From a virus (taxonomy: Duplodnaviria > Caudoviricetes), in IMG/VR virus record IMGVR_UViG_3300037418_002791, positions 11,741 through 75,740 of that record: DNA of 64,000 nt. One strand, written 5' to 3'. The position numbers and the translations under genes are program-made. Position 1 is the stretch's first letter. Each line of letters begins with the position of its first letter. Of the stretch, positions 11,065-20,077 are shown piece by piece. The notes under the pieces are model-generated. The model had not been told where the DNA came from, made no database searches, and saw only the letters and a list, made by a program, of their open reading frames with translations.

Positions 11065-11992
11065 CTCGCTATTCGCTGATGTCTCCGAATTCCAAGTGCC
11101 GGTGGATGATTCGTATCCGTATCGGATCTTCAGCTTCCGGTCGAACGACGGCACATACGAAGACCACAACTTCTACCAGAACTACGCCTGGGCGTGCGCG
11201 GCGGCTGATGCCGGCCGGATCGACTGCTTCATCGTCTACTTCTACTGGCGCGCGAACTGGTCCGACACCGTGGCGACCCACATCCGCAAGGTGGAAAGCG
11301 CCGGCGGGCCGCATCCCAAGATGATCTCGATGATCGACGTCGAGTCCGGCGGTAATCCGGCCGGCGATCAGTCCGATGGGATCAACCGCGCCTACTGGGC
11401 GCTGACCGACTGGCTCGGCACCACGCAGCACGCCGGCACGCGCCGGGTCATCGGCTACGTCAATCGCCCCGACGCGGAGAACATGTGGCCCACGCGACCG
11501 GACGGCCTGCTGCTGATCGGTGCCGGATACGGCGCGAACCCCAACCTCCCCGGGCAGATCGCCCACCAATACACCGACGGTCAGGGCTATGGCGGCGGAT
11601 TGCCCGAGGGCGCATCGCCTTTCGGCAACTGCGACATGAACTCGGCCGACGGACTCTCTTCCACCGACTTCGCCGCGCGCTGCGGCATTACAGGAGTAGA
11701 CGACATGGCACTTTCCGACGACGACTTCAACCGGCTGACCAAGTGGTTCGCCGATTTCATCATCGGCTACGTCGGGCCGATCGGTAGCGACGTCAAAGAC
11801 GTCCGCGAGCAGCTGACCGGCTCGCGCAACACCTACTTCAACGCCGACGGCTCGGTGGACGTGGCCAAGAGCTACCCGGGGTGGCCGCAGCTCGGCAACC
11901 GCACCGTGACCGACGCGATCGGCGCCGAGGGCTCGCGCAACGGCGTGCTCGGCGCGGTGGACACCAACCCGCAGGCACAGCCCAAGCAGTAA
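11057..11992 (+). CDS. Endolysin (lysin A), GH25-like muramidase
   Basis: N-terminal DVSEFQ, MIDVE, HQYTDG and CDMN motifs; lysis-cassette position. Confidence 0.8.
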   Translation: MTDSLFADVSEFQVPVDDSYPYRIFSFRSNDGTYEDHNFYQNYAWACAAADAGRIDCFIVYFYWRANWSDTVATHIRKVESAGGPHPKMISMIDVESGGNPAGDQSDGINRAYWALTDWLGTTQHAGTRRVIGYVNRPDAENMWPTRPDGLLLIGAGYGANPNLPGQIAHQYTDGQGYGGGLPEGASPFGNCDMNSADGLSSTDFAARCGITGVDDMALSDDDFNRLTKWFADFIIGYVGPIGSDVKDVREQLTGSRNTYFNADGSVDVAKSYPGWPQLGNRTVTDAIGAEGSRNGVLGAVDTNPQAQPKQ

Positions 11993-12019
11993 CGGCCGCA
12001 ACGACTCTCGGAGAATTCC

Positions 12020-12757
12020 ATGGACATCAGCAAATACACCAAGGCCGTCGTATCCGTCGCCGGCGGCCTTCTCTCGTTCGTCACCGTACTGATCACCCTC
12101 GCCGATCTGCTGCCCTCGGATCTACAGTGGGTCACCGCGCTGGTGACGACCCTTGTCGGGTTCAGCTCCGCCGTCACCGCCTTCCTGGTGTGGCTGGCGC
12201 GCAACGAGCCGGCCATCGAGCAGGACGCCGCCGCGATCGGTGAGGTCGCCAAGGACGTGAAGACCCTCATCGATCACGCCAAGGACGTCAAGGACTGGCG
12301 CTCGGATGTGAACGCGCTGCTGCATTCGCCGCTGAACCTGCTGACCGACGCCAAGCGGATCGGCGAGGAACTGGCCGCACTGCCCGAGGCCGTGAAGAAG
12401 GTTGTGGCCGAGGCGAAGTCGCAGCCGGTGCAGGCCGCCAGCGACGCCATCGCCGTGGCGCACGAGATCACCGACGCGGCGGCCGACGCGGTGAGCACCG
12501 TGCAGTCCGCCGGGGCACAGCCTTTGGCGGGCGTAGTGGAGACGGCGGCCGATATCGCCGCCTCGGCCGTCCAGGTTGCCGCATCGGTGGCTCCGGCGCC
12601 GGTGGTGCAGGCGGTAGAGACTGCCGTGGCTCCGGTGACGGCCATAGCGCAGAAGGTCGAAGCGGCTGCCGCGCCGGTTGTTTCGGCGGTGGAGCAGGTC
12701 GCCGGCCCGGTTCTCAACTCGGTTGAGGACATCTTGAAGGCGAACCCCATCCGGTGA
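12020..12757 (+). CDS. Holin-like protein with long Ala/Val-rich tail
   Basis: Two N-terminal hydrophobic segments; follows lysin. Confidence 0.65.
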   Translation: MDISKYTKAVVSVAGGLLSFVTVLITLADLLPSDLQWVTALVTTLVGFSSAVTAFLVWLARNEPAIEQDAAAIGEVAKDVKTLIDHAKDVKDWRSDVNALLHSPLNLLTDAKRIGEELAALPEAVKKVVAEAKSQPVQAASDAIAVAHEITDAAADAVSTVQSAGAQPLAGVVETAADIAASAVQVAASVAPAPVVQAVETAVAPVTAIAQKVEAAAAPVVSAVEQVAGPVLNSVEDILKANPIR

Positions 12758-13113
12758 GCTGGGCGGAAATCGTCACCTCGGCCGTCGGTCTCCTGTCGGG
12801 GGCCGGCGGCTCCGAACTCTTCCGGTTCTGGAGAGCGCGCTCTCGTGACGACGCAGAGAACCATCGCGACATCGCCGCTGCCGCCGATTCGATCGCCGAT
12901 GCCGCCTCGAAGTTGATCGCCCCGTATGTCGAGGAAGTGACTCAGCTTCGCAACGAGGTGGCGGAGCTGAAGACCGAGATGACCAACAGCCGCAGCCTGC
13001 TGCAGCAGGCGCTGACCGTGATCCGCGACTTCCTCGCCGTCGCCCGCGAGCACAGCTGGCCCACTCCGAGGATGTCTCCCGAGCTGCTGGCGGAGGTGGA
13101 AAAGGGCCAATGA
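12754..13113 (+). CDS. Lysis-associated membrane protein
   Basis: N-terminal hydrophobic helix plus coiled coil, after holin. Confidence 0.55.
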   Translation: MSWAEIVTSAVGLLSGAGGSELFRFWRARSRDDAENHRDIAAAADSIADAASKLIAPYVEEVTQLRNEVAELKTEMTNSRSLLQQALTVIRDFLAVAREHSWPTPRMSPELLAEVEKGQ

Positions 13114-15164
13114 GCATCCCCAAAGGTGTTGCCTCCGTCGAGGTTGCCTGCCTGCCCGGCTCGGTGTCGAGTCCGATCGTACGGGTCAAGGTCCAGGTCA
13201 CGCCGAACGTCTCGGCGAAGTGGCAGACGACCGGTCAATCGCTCGCCTCGATGTGCAACGAGAGTCCGTTGCCCGGATTCGTCATGCTGCCCGCAGTCGA
13301 TCAGTCCGGCTTCGTCAACGACGCCGGCAGCGGTGTGACGAACTGGTCCTACAACGTCATCACCGATTACACGCTGTCGGACGGCACGGTGGGGCAGGAG
13401 ACCGGCACCATCCAGGTCTTCGCCTACCAATCGCCGGAGGTCGTCTGGCTCAACACCGCGGGCGGGGAATTCGTTACGCCGCAGACCTACCCGATCGGCG
13501 GCCTCGCGGTCAACGGCTGGGTAGAGACGTATGCGGATCTGCCGGCCGATCTGGATCTGTCCGATGCCGGCAAGTCGTACATGGTGCAGGCCGATCAGCG
13601 GATGTACATCTGGTCTGGGGCCGCGTGGCCGCCGAACGGTCAGGGGTTCGCCGCGACCGGGCCGCAGGGCCCGACGGGAGCCACCGGCGCGGTCGGACCA
13701 GCGAACACGCTGTCGGTCGGAACGGTGCAGACCGGCTCGCCGATCGCGATCACCATTTCCGGCACCGCACCGAACCAGACGATCGATTTCACTCTGCCCG
13801 AGGGGCACTGGTGGACGGGCGCGGGCAATCCGGGCACGATCTCGGCCGCGCTGAACGGCGACCTGTATCTGGACAACACCGGCACCGGCAACGTCTGGCA
13901 GCTGCAGTCCGGCACCTGGGTATCGCAAGGCTCGCTGTTGGGACCGACCGGGCCGACGGGCGCGACCGGGCCGGCGAACTCGCTGTCGATCGGCACCGTC
14001 ACCTCCGGCGCGTCGCCGAGTGCGACGATCACCGGCACCGCGCCGAACCAAGTGCTCAACCTAGTCATGCAGCAGGGTGCCACCGGGGCCACGGGCGCAT
14101 CGACGACGTGGCGCCAGGGTAGCGGCGCTCCGGCGGCCGGCCTGGGCAACAACGGGGACATGTACCTCAACGGTGCCAACGGCGATGTCTATGGCCCCAA
14201 GGCTTCCGGCGCGTGGGGATCTCCGGTCGCCAATATCGTCGGGCCGTCGGCGCCGCAGGCCACCGCGAGCACTCAGGGCACGATCCAACTCGGTGGGGGA
14301 GACCTCGGCGGTACCGCCACCGCAGTCACGGTGCCAGGTCTGGCGAACAAGGCCAACACCACGACGACGATCACCGCAGGAACCGGACTCACCGGCGGAG
14401 GCGATCTGTCGGCCAACCGCACGCTGGCAGTCTCCTACGGCACGACCGCGGGTACGGCCGCCCAGGGCAACGACACTCGCATCACCGGTGCCGTGCAGTC
14501 CACTCGCCAAGTCATCGCCGGCACCGGACTGTCGGGCGGCGGGGATCTGTCGGCGGATCGCACACTCGCGGTCAGCTACGGCACGACCGCCGGGACAGCG
14601 GCACAGGGCAACGACTCTCGCATCACGGGCGCGGTGCAAACCACTCGACAGGTCATCGCGGGTACCGGACTCACCGGCGGCGGCGATCTGTCCGCGGACC
14701 GGACACTGACTGTGGCCTACGGGACCACGAGCACAACCGCCTGCGTCGGCAACGACTCGCGGCTGTCCAATACCCGTACACCGTCGTCCAACACCGTCCC
14801 GTGCGACTTTATGTACGTCGCGGTCGGGCCGTCGACTGCCCGGGCCATCGGCAACGGTGACTGGACCGTGGACATGTACGTCGGTCGTGCGTTCACCGCG
14901 ACCTCGGCGGTCTACCAGTTCGAGACGGCCGACGCCTCGGGCAGTACCAGCGCCACCATTCGGCGCAACGGAACGGCCGTCACCAACGCGGGAGTCACTG
15001 TCACGGCCGCGAATCAGGCCGATGGGTCTAGCACTGACTCGGCGCGGACGGCGACCTTCTCCCAATCCTTCGCGGTGGGCGACCGATTCGGCGTGAACAT
15101 CACGGCCGTCGGCACCACGCCGGGCAAGGGCCTGAAGGTCTGGATCTTCGGAACGTGGAACTGA
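13110..15164 (+). CDS. Tail fibre / receptor-binding-like protein
   Basis: Collagen-like GPTGATG segments, internal repeats, Thr/Gly-rich. Confidence 0.75.
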   Translation: MSIPKGVASVEVACLPGSVSSPIVRVKVQVTPNVSAKWQTTGQSLASMCNESPLPGFVMLPAVDQSGFVNDAGSGVTNWSYNVITDYTLSDGTVGQETGTIQVFAYQSPEVVWLNTAGGEFVTPQTYPIGGLAVNGWVETYADLPADLDLSDAGKSYMVQADQRMYIWSGAAWPPNGQGFAATGPQGPTGATGAVGPANTLSVGTVQTGSPIAITISGTAPNQTIDFTLPEGHWWTGAGNPGTISAALNGDLYLDNTGTGNVWQLQSGTWVSQGSLLGPTGPTGATGPANSLSIGTVTSGASPSATITGTAPNQVLNLVMQQGATGATGASTTWRQGSGAPAAGLGNNGDMYLNGANGDVYGPKASGAWGSPVANIVGPSAPQATASTQGTIQLGGGDLGGTATAVTVPGLANKANTTTTITAGTGLTGGGDLSANRTLAVSYGTTAGTAAQGNDTRITGAVQSTRQVIAGTGLSGGGDLSADRTLAVSYGTTAGTAAQGNDSRITGAVQTTRQVIAGTGLTGGGDLSADRTLTVAYGTTSTTACVGNDSRLSNTRTPSSNTVPCDFMYVAVGPSTARAIGNGDWTVDMYVGRAFTATSAVYQFETADASGSTSATIRRNGTAVTNAGVTVTAANQADGSSTDSARTATFSQSFAVGDRFGVNITAVGTTPGKGLKVWIFGTWN
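14370..14760 (+). repeat. Three intragenic 141-bp (47-aa) repeats AGTGL.GGGDLSA.RTL.V.YGTT...
   Basis: AG codons at 14376, 14517, 14658. Confidence 0.9.
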
Positions 15165-15165
15165 C

Positions 15166-15588
15166 GTGTTCGTAGTCCGTTCCAACTCGCCGGCCTTCCG
15201 CGCGTCGGGCATGACCGAGGGAAGTTCGTTCACCCTTCCCTCGGCCTACACCACGGTTACCGGCTGGGTCGCCGACACCTCCCACTATCCGGGCAGCACC
15301 GTCAGCTCCAACGGCTTGGTGGTGCAGAACACCAAGACCGGCGCGGTCATCACCTGCAACGTGGGCTACACCAGCTCGTTCGCGATGACGGTGACACTGA
15401 GGCTGTTTCAGAACGGGACGCAGATCGCGCAGGGATCAGCCACCGCTTCGGCGACCAGCGGTACGGCGACGGTCTCGGCGACCGTGAATGTCACCGCCGG
15501 AGATGTGATCACCGTGCAGGCCAGTGCCTCGCAGAACAATTTTGGTTCCACGACGACCGGAGCCGCAACGTTCATGACCATCGTCTAG
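15166..15588 (+). CDS. Small virion/tail-associated protein
   Basis: Thr/Ser/Val-rich beta protein following the fibre gene. Confidence 0.6.
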   Translation: MFVVRSNSPAFRASGMTEGSSFTLPSAYTTVTGWVADTSHYPGSTVSSNGLVVQNTKTGAVITCNVGYTSSFAMTVTLRLFQNGTQIAQGSATASATSGTATVSATVNVTAGDVITVQASASQNNFGSTTTGAATFMTIV

Positions 15589-15617
15589 CCCGCGCGCTAC
15601 CTGCGGGCGGTTATAGG

Positions 15618-15662
15618 AAGACCCCCACTCTCGCCGATCGCGGTGAGAGTGGGGGTCTTTTC
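15618..15662. terminator. Intrinsic terminator ending the late operon (likely bidirectional)
   Basis: 19-bp stem AAGACCCCCACTCTCGCCG / CGGTGAGAGTGGGGGTCTT with 4-nt loop, then T-run; between convergent genes. Confidence 0.9.
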
Positions 15663-15668
15663 GCGTGT

Positions 15669-16121
15669 CTAGGCGGTTTCCGGCAGTGTCACGCCGGGCG
15701 GCAGCCACTCCGGCGGGCCGTCGGCGATCACGACCTTGTGCGGGGTGTCCGGCTTGTAGATGTGCTCGAACGGCTGCTTGTCGTCGGAGATCCACGGATC
15801 TTTCATGATCATCCGCCCGCACTCGCCGCAATGCTTGTCCGCGATGAGGTATCGCTCCGGATGCTTGCGCGCCTGGCTGATCTTGGTGACGGCCTTGCCG
15901 AGCCACAGTCCCATGCCCAGCAGCGCGAGGTTGATGGCGTAGGCCACGACGGTGCCCACGGTCCCGCCGATGCCCATCAGCACGGCCATCACGATGAACA
16001 TCATGAACCACAGCGCGGTGAAGATCAGTCCGACCTTGATGAAGGTCCACAGGCTGTCCGCGACGTAGAACGTCAGCAAGATCAGCACGGCGGCTGTGAT
16101 GAGAGTGGTGGCGGCGAACAT
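15669..16121 (-). CDS. Membrane protein with C-terminal CxxC
   Basis: Three hydrophobic segments, HCGECG; start set at MFAATT. Confidence 0.7.
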   Translation of the reverse strand: MFAATTLITAAVLILLTFYVADSLWTFIKVGLIFTALWFMMFIVMAVLMGIGGTVGTVVAYAINLALLGMGLWLGKAVTKISQARKHPERYLIADKHCGECGRMIMKDPWISDDKQPFEHIYKPDTPHKVVIADGPPEWLPPGVTLPETA

Positions 16122-16238
16122 GGTTGGGCTACCGGCCTTTCGGTGGAGTGAGCGGAATGCCCGCCCCGCCGGCCCCGCTGTTGTTCTAATTTTGACCTGG
16201 GCCGATCTCGGAAGCAACCATCCGAAAACGGACAAAAT

Positions 16239-16456
16239 GGGTGGAGGTTCAGGGTGGAGGTGGAGGTGGAGGTTTTCCCCGAAACAGCCCGAATCCCAAG
16301 AGTTAGTAAAATCTGCTCTATGTGACTCGGGGCACAGAGCTGTAAACCTGCTGGTAGAAAAGATACTTATACTAACTAAGTATCTATTATTTTACGCGCG
16401 CGCGGACGAATTTCGGGTTTGCCCAAAAACCTCCACCTCCACCTCCACCCCTCCAC
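16239..16456. repeat. Origin-like element A: GGTGGA iterons, AT-rich core, inverted CCTCCA iterons
   Basis: (GGTGGA)n-GGTTTT at 16252-16276 faces AAAA-(CCTCCA)n at 16425-16456; core has AGATACTTA-N7-TAAGTATCT; homologous to 49348-49665. Confidence 0.6.
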
Positions 16457-16492
16457 GTAAAGCTCTACTTGAGGGTTGGGGTTGCCCGGCGG

Positions 16493-16678
16493 TCAGCACA
16501 GGGTGAGAACCTGTTGCACTTCGACGGCGAGGGTTACCAGCTTGGAATGCGGCATCGTAATCAGCCATTGGAGGTCGGTCTCCGGGTCGAGTCCGAATTG
16601 CGCGGCATGCTTTACAAGATCGCGCAGGAACTTCATCCCTGGATAGCTGCAGTCTTCACACCCCATCATCGAACCCAC
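16493..16678 (-). CDS. Small hypothetical protein
   Basis: Short ORF with N-terminal CxxC. Confidence 0.4.
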   Translation of the reverse strand: MGSMMGCEDCSYPGMKFLRDLVKHAAQFGLDPETDLQWLITMPHSKLVTLAVEVQQVLTLC

Positions 16679-17046
16679 ACCCGTTCTTGCGGTCTGCCCA
16701 ACCGCTTCGTTGGGCTAGCGAAATAATTACGCCAGCTAAATCTTCGATTGAGCGGACAACGTTACCCAAAAAACCGGTCGGTAGCATTTCGATCACATAA
16801 CACAGTTTGCGCCGGTCAGATGGGGTACCTGACGCATCACCTTCTCGTGCAATTGCATTGCAAATCGCATCCGCAATCGCATCTGCAAGTACATCTGCAA
16901 GTGCAGTGAACGGTGTTAGGCATGACAAAACCCCCGCAGCGAGTGTCGGTTCCCGAACAACATTCAATCCGTTGAGCGCGAAGCCCTGCTCGGGTTCGGC
17001 CACCTGATTTGTTGGTTGGGTGCTGTGGGGGTTCTGCCGTTGTGCC

Positions 17047-17201
17047 AGCGGATGAGGTCTTGCAAGGCAACGCCAGTGAGACTGGAATTGACTACCTCAT
17101 CCGCTCGCCCGCCGGGGGAGGGGTACGGGTATCACCCGGCGGGACGTTGGGAAGGAAGACCCTCGGCCGGACTCCGGCGAAGGGCTGACCGAGGGTCTTC
17201 C
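17047..17201. other. Three tandem perfect stem-loops
   Basis: 12-bp (17047-58/17094-105), 9-bp (17108-16/17135-43) and 13-bp (17154-66/17189-201) inverted repeats. Confidence 0.7.
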
Positions 17202-17244
17202 GCACCAGACATCCTTCTGGGGACATCTGGTGAGTCTTTTGTGG

Positions 17245-17571
17245 TTACGCTCCGGTCAGCGCGAAACTAATTGCGCACTTCGGGCATTCGGCCTTCGGAT
17301 GGTCGTGGCCGAGTGCGTTGAGCGCGTTGCGATACATGCGCATCTTGTCGCAGGTGAAGACGGTGCAATCGTCATGCACGTGATCGGCGAGTTCGTCATG
17401 CAGAGCGTATGGCGAACGCCAGATGGGGTTGTACCACCAGTCGCCCTTGAGTTTCCATTGCTGGCCGTCCCAGCGGTAACACTTCAACTGCGCCGACAGC
17501 GCTTCCTCGAAAGAGGGGCGATCGAAGCGCGGCTCGGACGAATCGTCCTGCGGCTCTTGGAAGTCGTACAT
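17245..17571 (-). CDS. Small Cys/His metal-binding protein (paralog of 17599-17838)
   Basis: LHDEL...H..C....C......YRNAL..LGHDHPK.ECPKC. Confidence 0.75.
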   Translation of the reverse strand: MYDFQEPQDDSSEPRFDRPSFEEALSAQLKCYRWDGQQWKLKGDWWYNPIWRSPYALHDELADHVHDDCTVFTCDKMRMYRNALNALGHDHPKAECPKCAISFALTGA

Positions 17572-17598
17572 GTGGCCCTCCCTGAATCGACGGGCAGT

Positions 17599-17838
17599 CT
17601 AAGCCGAGAACCCGCGGGGCTGAGGCTCCGCATAGGCCGGTGAACATCTGGGGCAGTCGGACTTCGGGTGATCGTGCCCGAGTGACCTGAGGGCCTTGCG
17701 GTATTCGCGCAGCACCTCGCAGTTGTCTTCGGTGCACCCGCTGTGCAGTTCCTTGTCCAACTCTTCGTGCAGCCGGCTGGGTTCGGTATAGACGAGAAAG
17801 ACTTGGTGCTGAATAGGATTGCCCAACTGCTCACTCAC
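17599..17838 (-). CDS. Small Cys/His metal-binding protein (paralog of 17245-17571)
   Basis: LHEEL...H..C....C......YRKAL..LGHDHPK.DCPRC. Confidence 0.75.
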   Translation of the reverse strand: MSEQLGNPIQHQVFLVYTEPSRLHEELDKELHSGCTEDNCEVLREYRKALRSLGHDHPKSDCPRCSPAYAEPQPRGFSA

Positions 17839-18022
17839 GGGCCCTCCCGGAATCCAGGACCATCCTCTTCTCGTCGACGAGGGTGTCTCTGGCCTGTCTC
17901 TTGAGTCCGCAGATGGTGATGGGGCATTCGAGGTGCAGCTGCATCACTCGATGCGCGAAGCCGACTTCCATGCGCCCCGGCAGGGCGGTGTGTTCGGTGA
18001 TCGAGATGCCGAGGTCCAACAT
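17831..18022 (-). CDS. Small Cys-containing protein divergent from XRE regulator
   Basis: AHRVMQLHLECPITIC..KRQA..TLV; resembles small proteins I recall beside XRE genes in Nocardia. Confidence 0.65.
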   Translation of the reverse strand: MLDLGISITEHTALPGRMEVGFAHRVMQLHLECPITICGLKRQARDTLVDEKRMVLDSGRARE

Positions 18023-18036
18023 CGTGAACGCCTCTC

Positions 18037-18106
18037 CCGTTTGGTCGTGTGAGGCGACCGTTTGGTCGTGTCATATGACCATGCGCGTCGGAGGTTGAGT
18101 TGTCAA
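18037..18106. promoter_or_regulatory. Divergent control region: 14-bp direct repeat and leftward TTGACA
   Basis: CCGTTTGGTCGTGT at 18037 and 18058 (21-bp period); GTCATATGAC palindrome 18070-79; TTGACA on minus strand 18101-18106. Confidence 0.65.
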
Positions 18107-18149
18107 GCGGTACACGGCAATCGATATAAAGCCGACTACGATCGAGGTC

Positions 18150-18785
18150 ATGCCCGATTACGGTGAGATCCTGCGTGTGCGACGGCTGGCGCGCGGGCTG
18201 GACCAAAAGGACATCGCCGAGGCCGCCGGTGTAGGTCTGCGGACCGTCCAGCGATGGGAGGACTGCGAGCGCCAGATCGACTTCCCCGACATCGCAATGA
18301 AAATCGCGCGCAAGCTCGGACTGACGCTCGACGAGCTTGCCGGCGTTACGCCTATCGGCATCGAGCTGTCAGGCGAGTGGCATGCACGTTGGCAGACATG
18401 GCGATACGGGCAGCCTGTTATCGACCGCCACCCGACCGCGATCACACAGTCCGGCCCGCGGCTGGTCATGGATTCCACCGGTGACTACATGTGGCGCGCC
18501 GAGACCAGCTTGGTCGGTGACCATCTCGAAGGCATCTACCACTCGATCGAGGTCGGCCGCGAGTTTCACGGCACGCTGCACCTGTGGCTGGGCGTTCGCA
18601 CCGATGAGTTTCTGAATGCCGAGGCCGACATGATGATCGGGCACTGGTCGGGAAGTTTCTTCGACGCGCCGGTGGGAAGTGGCTGGGGAGTCATCGCTCG
18701 TGACGGTGACCAGGCGGAACGCATGATCCGACACCTCATCGATCACGGATCTGCGCCACTTCTGGCGTGGCCTGAGCTACACTGA
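18150..18785 (+). CDS. XRE-family HTH regulator with C-terminal beta-rich domain
   Basis: LR..R..RGLDQKDIAEAAGVGLRTVQRWE HTH. Confidence 0.9.
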   Translation: MPDYGEILRVRRLARGLDQKDIAEAAGVGLRTVQRWEDCERQIDFPDIAMKIARKLGLTLDELAGVTPIGIELSGEWHARWQTWRYGQPVIDRHPTAITQSGPRLVMDSTGDYMWRAETSLVGDHLEGIYHSIEVGREFHGTLHLWLGVRTDEFLNAEADMMIGHWSGSFFDAPVGSGWGVIARDGDQAERMIRHLIDHGSAPLLAWPELH

Positions 18786-18825
18786 CGGTCGTACCGCACG
18801 CCCAAACGGTCGGGAGTGATCGCTG

Positions 18826-19140
18826 ATGGCAGTGACCGAGAATTCAGGCCAACGCGCCTTCTGGCGCCACGACGGTCAGCACGTCGAGGTGATGGGAGTG
18901 TGCGACCCGAGTCGCAGCGAGGCGCCGGGGCTGGACGGGATGCCGGCCCACTTCGACACCGATTCAGGAATTCTCTCGTTTCACCGCTATCCGAGCCTGC
19001 AGCGGGCCAGGGAGCTGTTGCCCGAGTATGGGCCGCTGTGGGACTCGATCGGCTCTGAGGTGAGCGCAGAGGCCACCAAGCGCGCCGCTGACGGTCCCGT
19101 GGCCGTGCAGCACTCGGCGTTCTTCTCGATGCCGTATTGA
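18826..19140 (+). CDS. Hypothetical protein co-transcribed with XRE gene
   Basis: GGGAG RBS; ends just before terminator. Confidence 0.6.
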   Translation: MAVTENSGQRAFWRHDGQHVEVMGVCDPSRSEAPGLDGMPAHFDTDSGILSFHRYPSLQRARELLPEYGPLWDSIGSEVSAEATKRAADGPVAVQHSAFFSMPY

Positions 19141-19153
19141 CCCCGCAAACAGC

Positions 19154-19193
19154 AAACGCCCCGTCTCCCATGTGCGTGGGAGGCGGGGCGTTT
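19154..19193. terminator. Bidirectional intrinsic terminator
   Basis: 17-bp stem AAACGCCCCGTCTCCCA / TGGGAGGCGGGGCGTTT between convergent genes. Confidence 0.85.
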
Positions 19194-19202
19194 CGTGCCC
19201 TC

Positions 19203-19562
19203 TCAGGCGTTCTTCTCCGCGAGGATCTGTAATCGTCGGTTGATTTCGCGGCCGATCTCGGCCTCGGTGTACTCCGATAGCGGTGTGCGCCGCGCCGAAA
19301 CCCGTTGTCCCGCTTCCTCGGGAGTGATCAGGTTGGCGGCGACCATTCCATCCAGGAGGGTGGTGCCCTCCAAAGCCTGAACCTCCGGCGCAGAGACCAA
19401 CTTGCGGATCTGGTCGATGCCTGGTGCCGAGGTAAGCCCCTGTCGCCACTTCGAGATCGTGGAAGTTGAAACGCCGGTCTTGCGCGAGAGGGTACCTGCA
19501 TCCATCCCGGTGCGGTCCAGGATGCTTTCTATCCAGTCACCCCAGGTCGATCCAGTGGTCAT
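19203..19562 (-). CDS. XRE-family repressor (immunity repressor candidate)
   Basis: GMDAGTLSRKTGVSTSTISKWRQG HTH; divergent from the early arm. Confidence 0.8.
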   Translation of the reverse strand: MTTGSTWGDWIESILDRTGMDAGTLSRKTGVSTSTISKWRQGLTSAPGIDQIRKLVSAPEVQALEGTTLLDGMVAANLITPEEAGQRVSARRTPLSEYTEAEIGREINRRLQILAEKNA

Positions 19563-19770
19563 CAGTGTTGTTCCCTCCATACCCAGTCACGGTAGACGGT
19601 CGTCCACGGTGGTGCAATAGCTTCGCCGACGACATCGCGCCGGACGACTTGGTGTCCTCGATCGTCCTCGATCACAGCGAGATCGGCACTCTCTCCCTGT
19701 TGGGAACCGGCGTGTCGGATCTTCAGCAACCTCTCTGCATCTTCCTACCTGCACGTTTGCGACAATTTAA

Positions 19771-19827
19771 CTGTTACTGGCGTTAACAGGACCAAAGTCC
19801 TTGTAATCCACGCGCGTGGACTGTTAC
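19771..19827. promoter_or_regulatory. Operator/promoter region of the genetic switch
   Basis: CTGTTA-N7-TAACAG, palindrome TCCACGCGCGTGGA (19807-20), second CTGTTAC at 19821; AT-richer. Confidence 0.55.
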
Positions 19828-19870
19828 CGTGTGGTGGATCGCACAACACATCAACCGAAGGGCAGGGGCG

Positions 19871-20062
19871 ATGCCAGGAGGTTCCCCAGCAGGTCGACCA
19901 TCGGATCTGCAGGCAGCCCAAGATGAAGCGGACGTACGCGAAGGCCGGCTCATCGAAATCAACAACCTGATCGCCGTGGCCGAAGGGCTGCGGGAGATCG
20001 CCGAGATCAAGTACAAACGGGCGCGCGCCAAGGTCGACGTCCTTGGAGACGGCAAGGCTTGA
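19871..20062 (+). CDS. Small coiled-coil hypothetical protein
   Basis: First rightward ORF of the early arm; start uncertain. Confidence 0.5.
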   Translation: MPGGSPAGRPSDLQAAQDEADVREGRLIEINNLIAVAEGLREIAEIKYKRARAKVDVLGDGKA

Positions 20063-20077
20063 GCGCCAGCGGGTTTC

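Noticed and set aside
13110-15164. Diversity-generating retroelement acting on the tail fibre
   Set aside because: No reverse transcriptase; repeats are in-frame and differ at synonymous sites of all bases rather than at adenines
16239-16276. GGTGGAGG runs as ribosome-binding sites or G-quadruplex only
   Set aside because: No start codon at suitable spacing; the inverted partner block and second copy after the helicase fit iterons better
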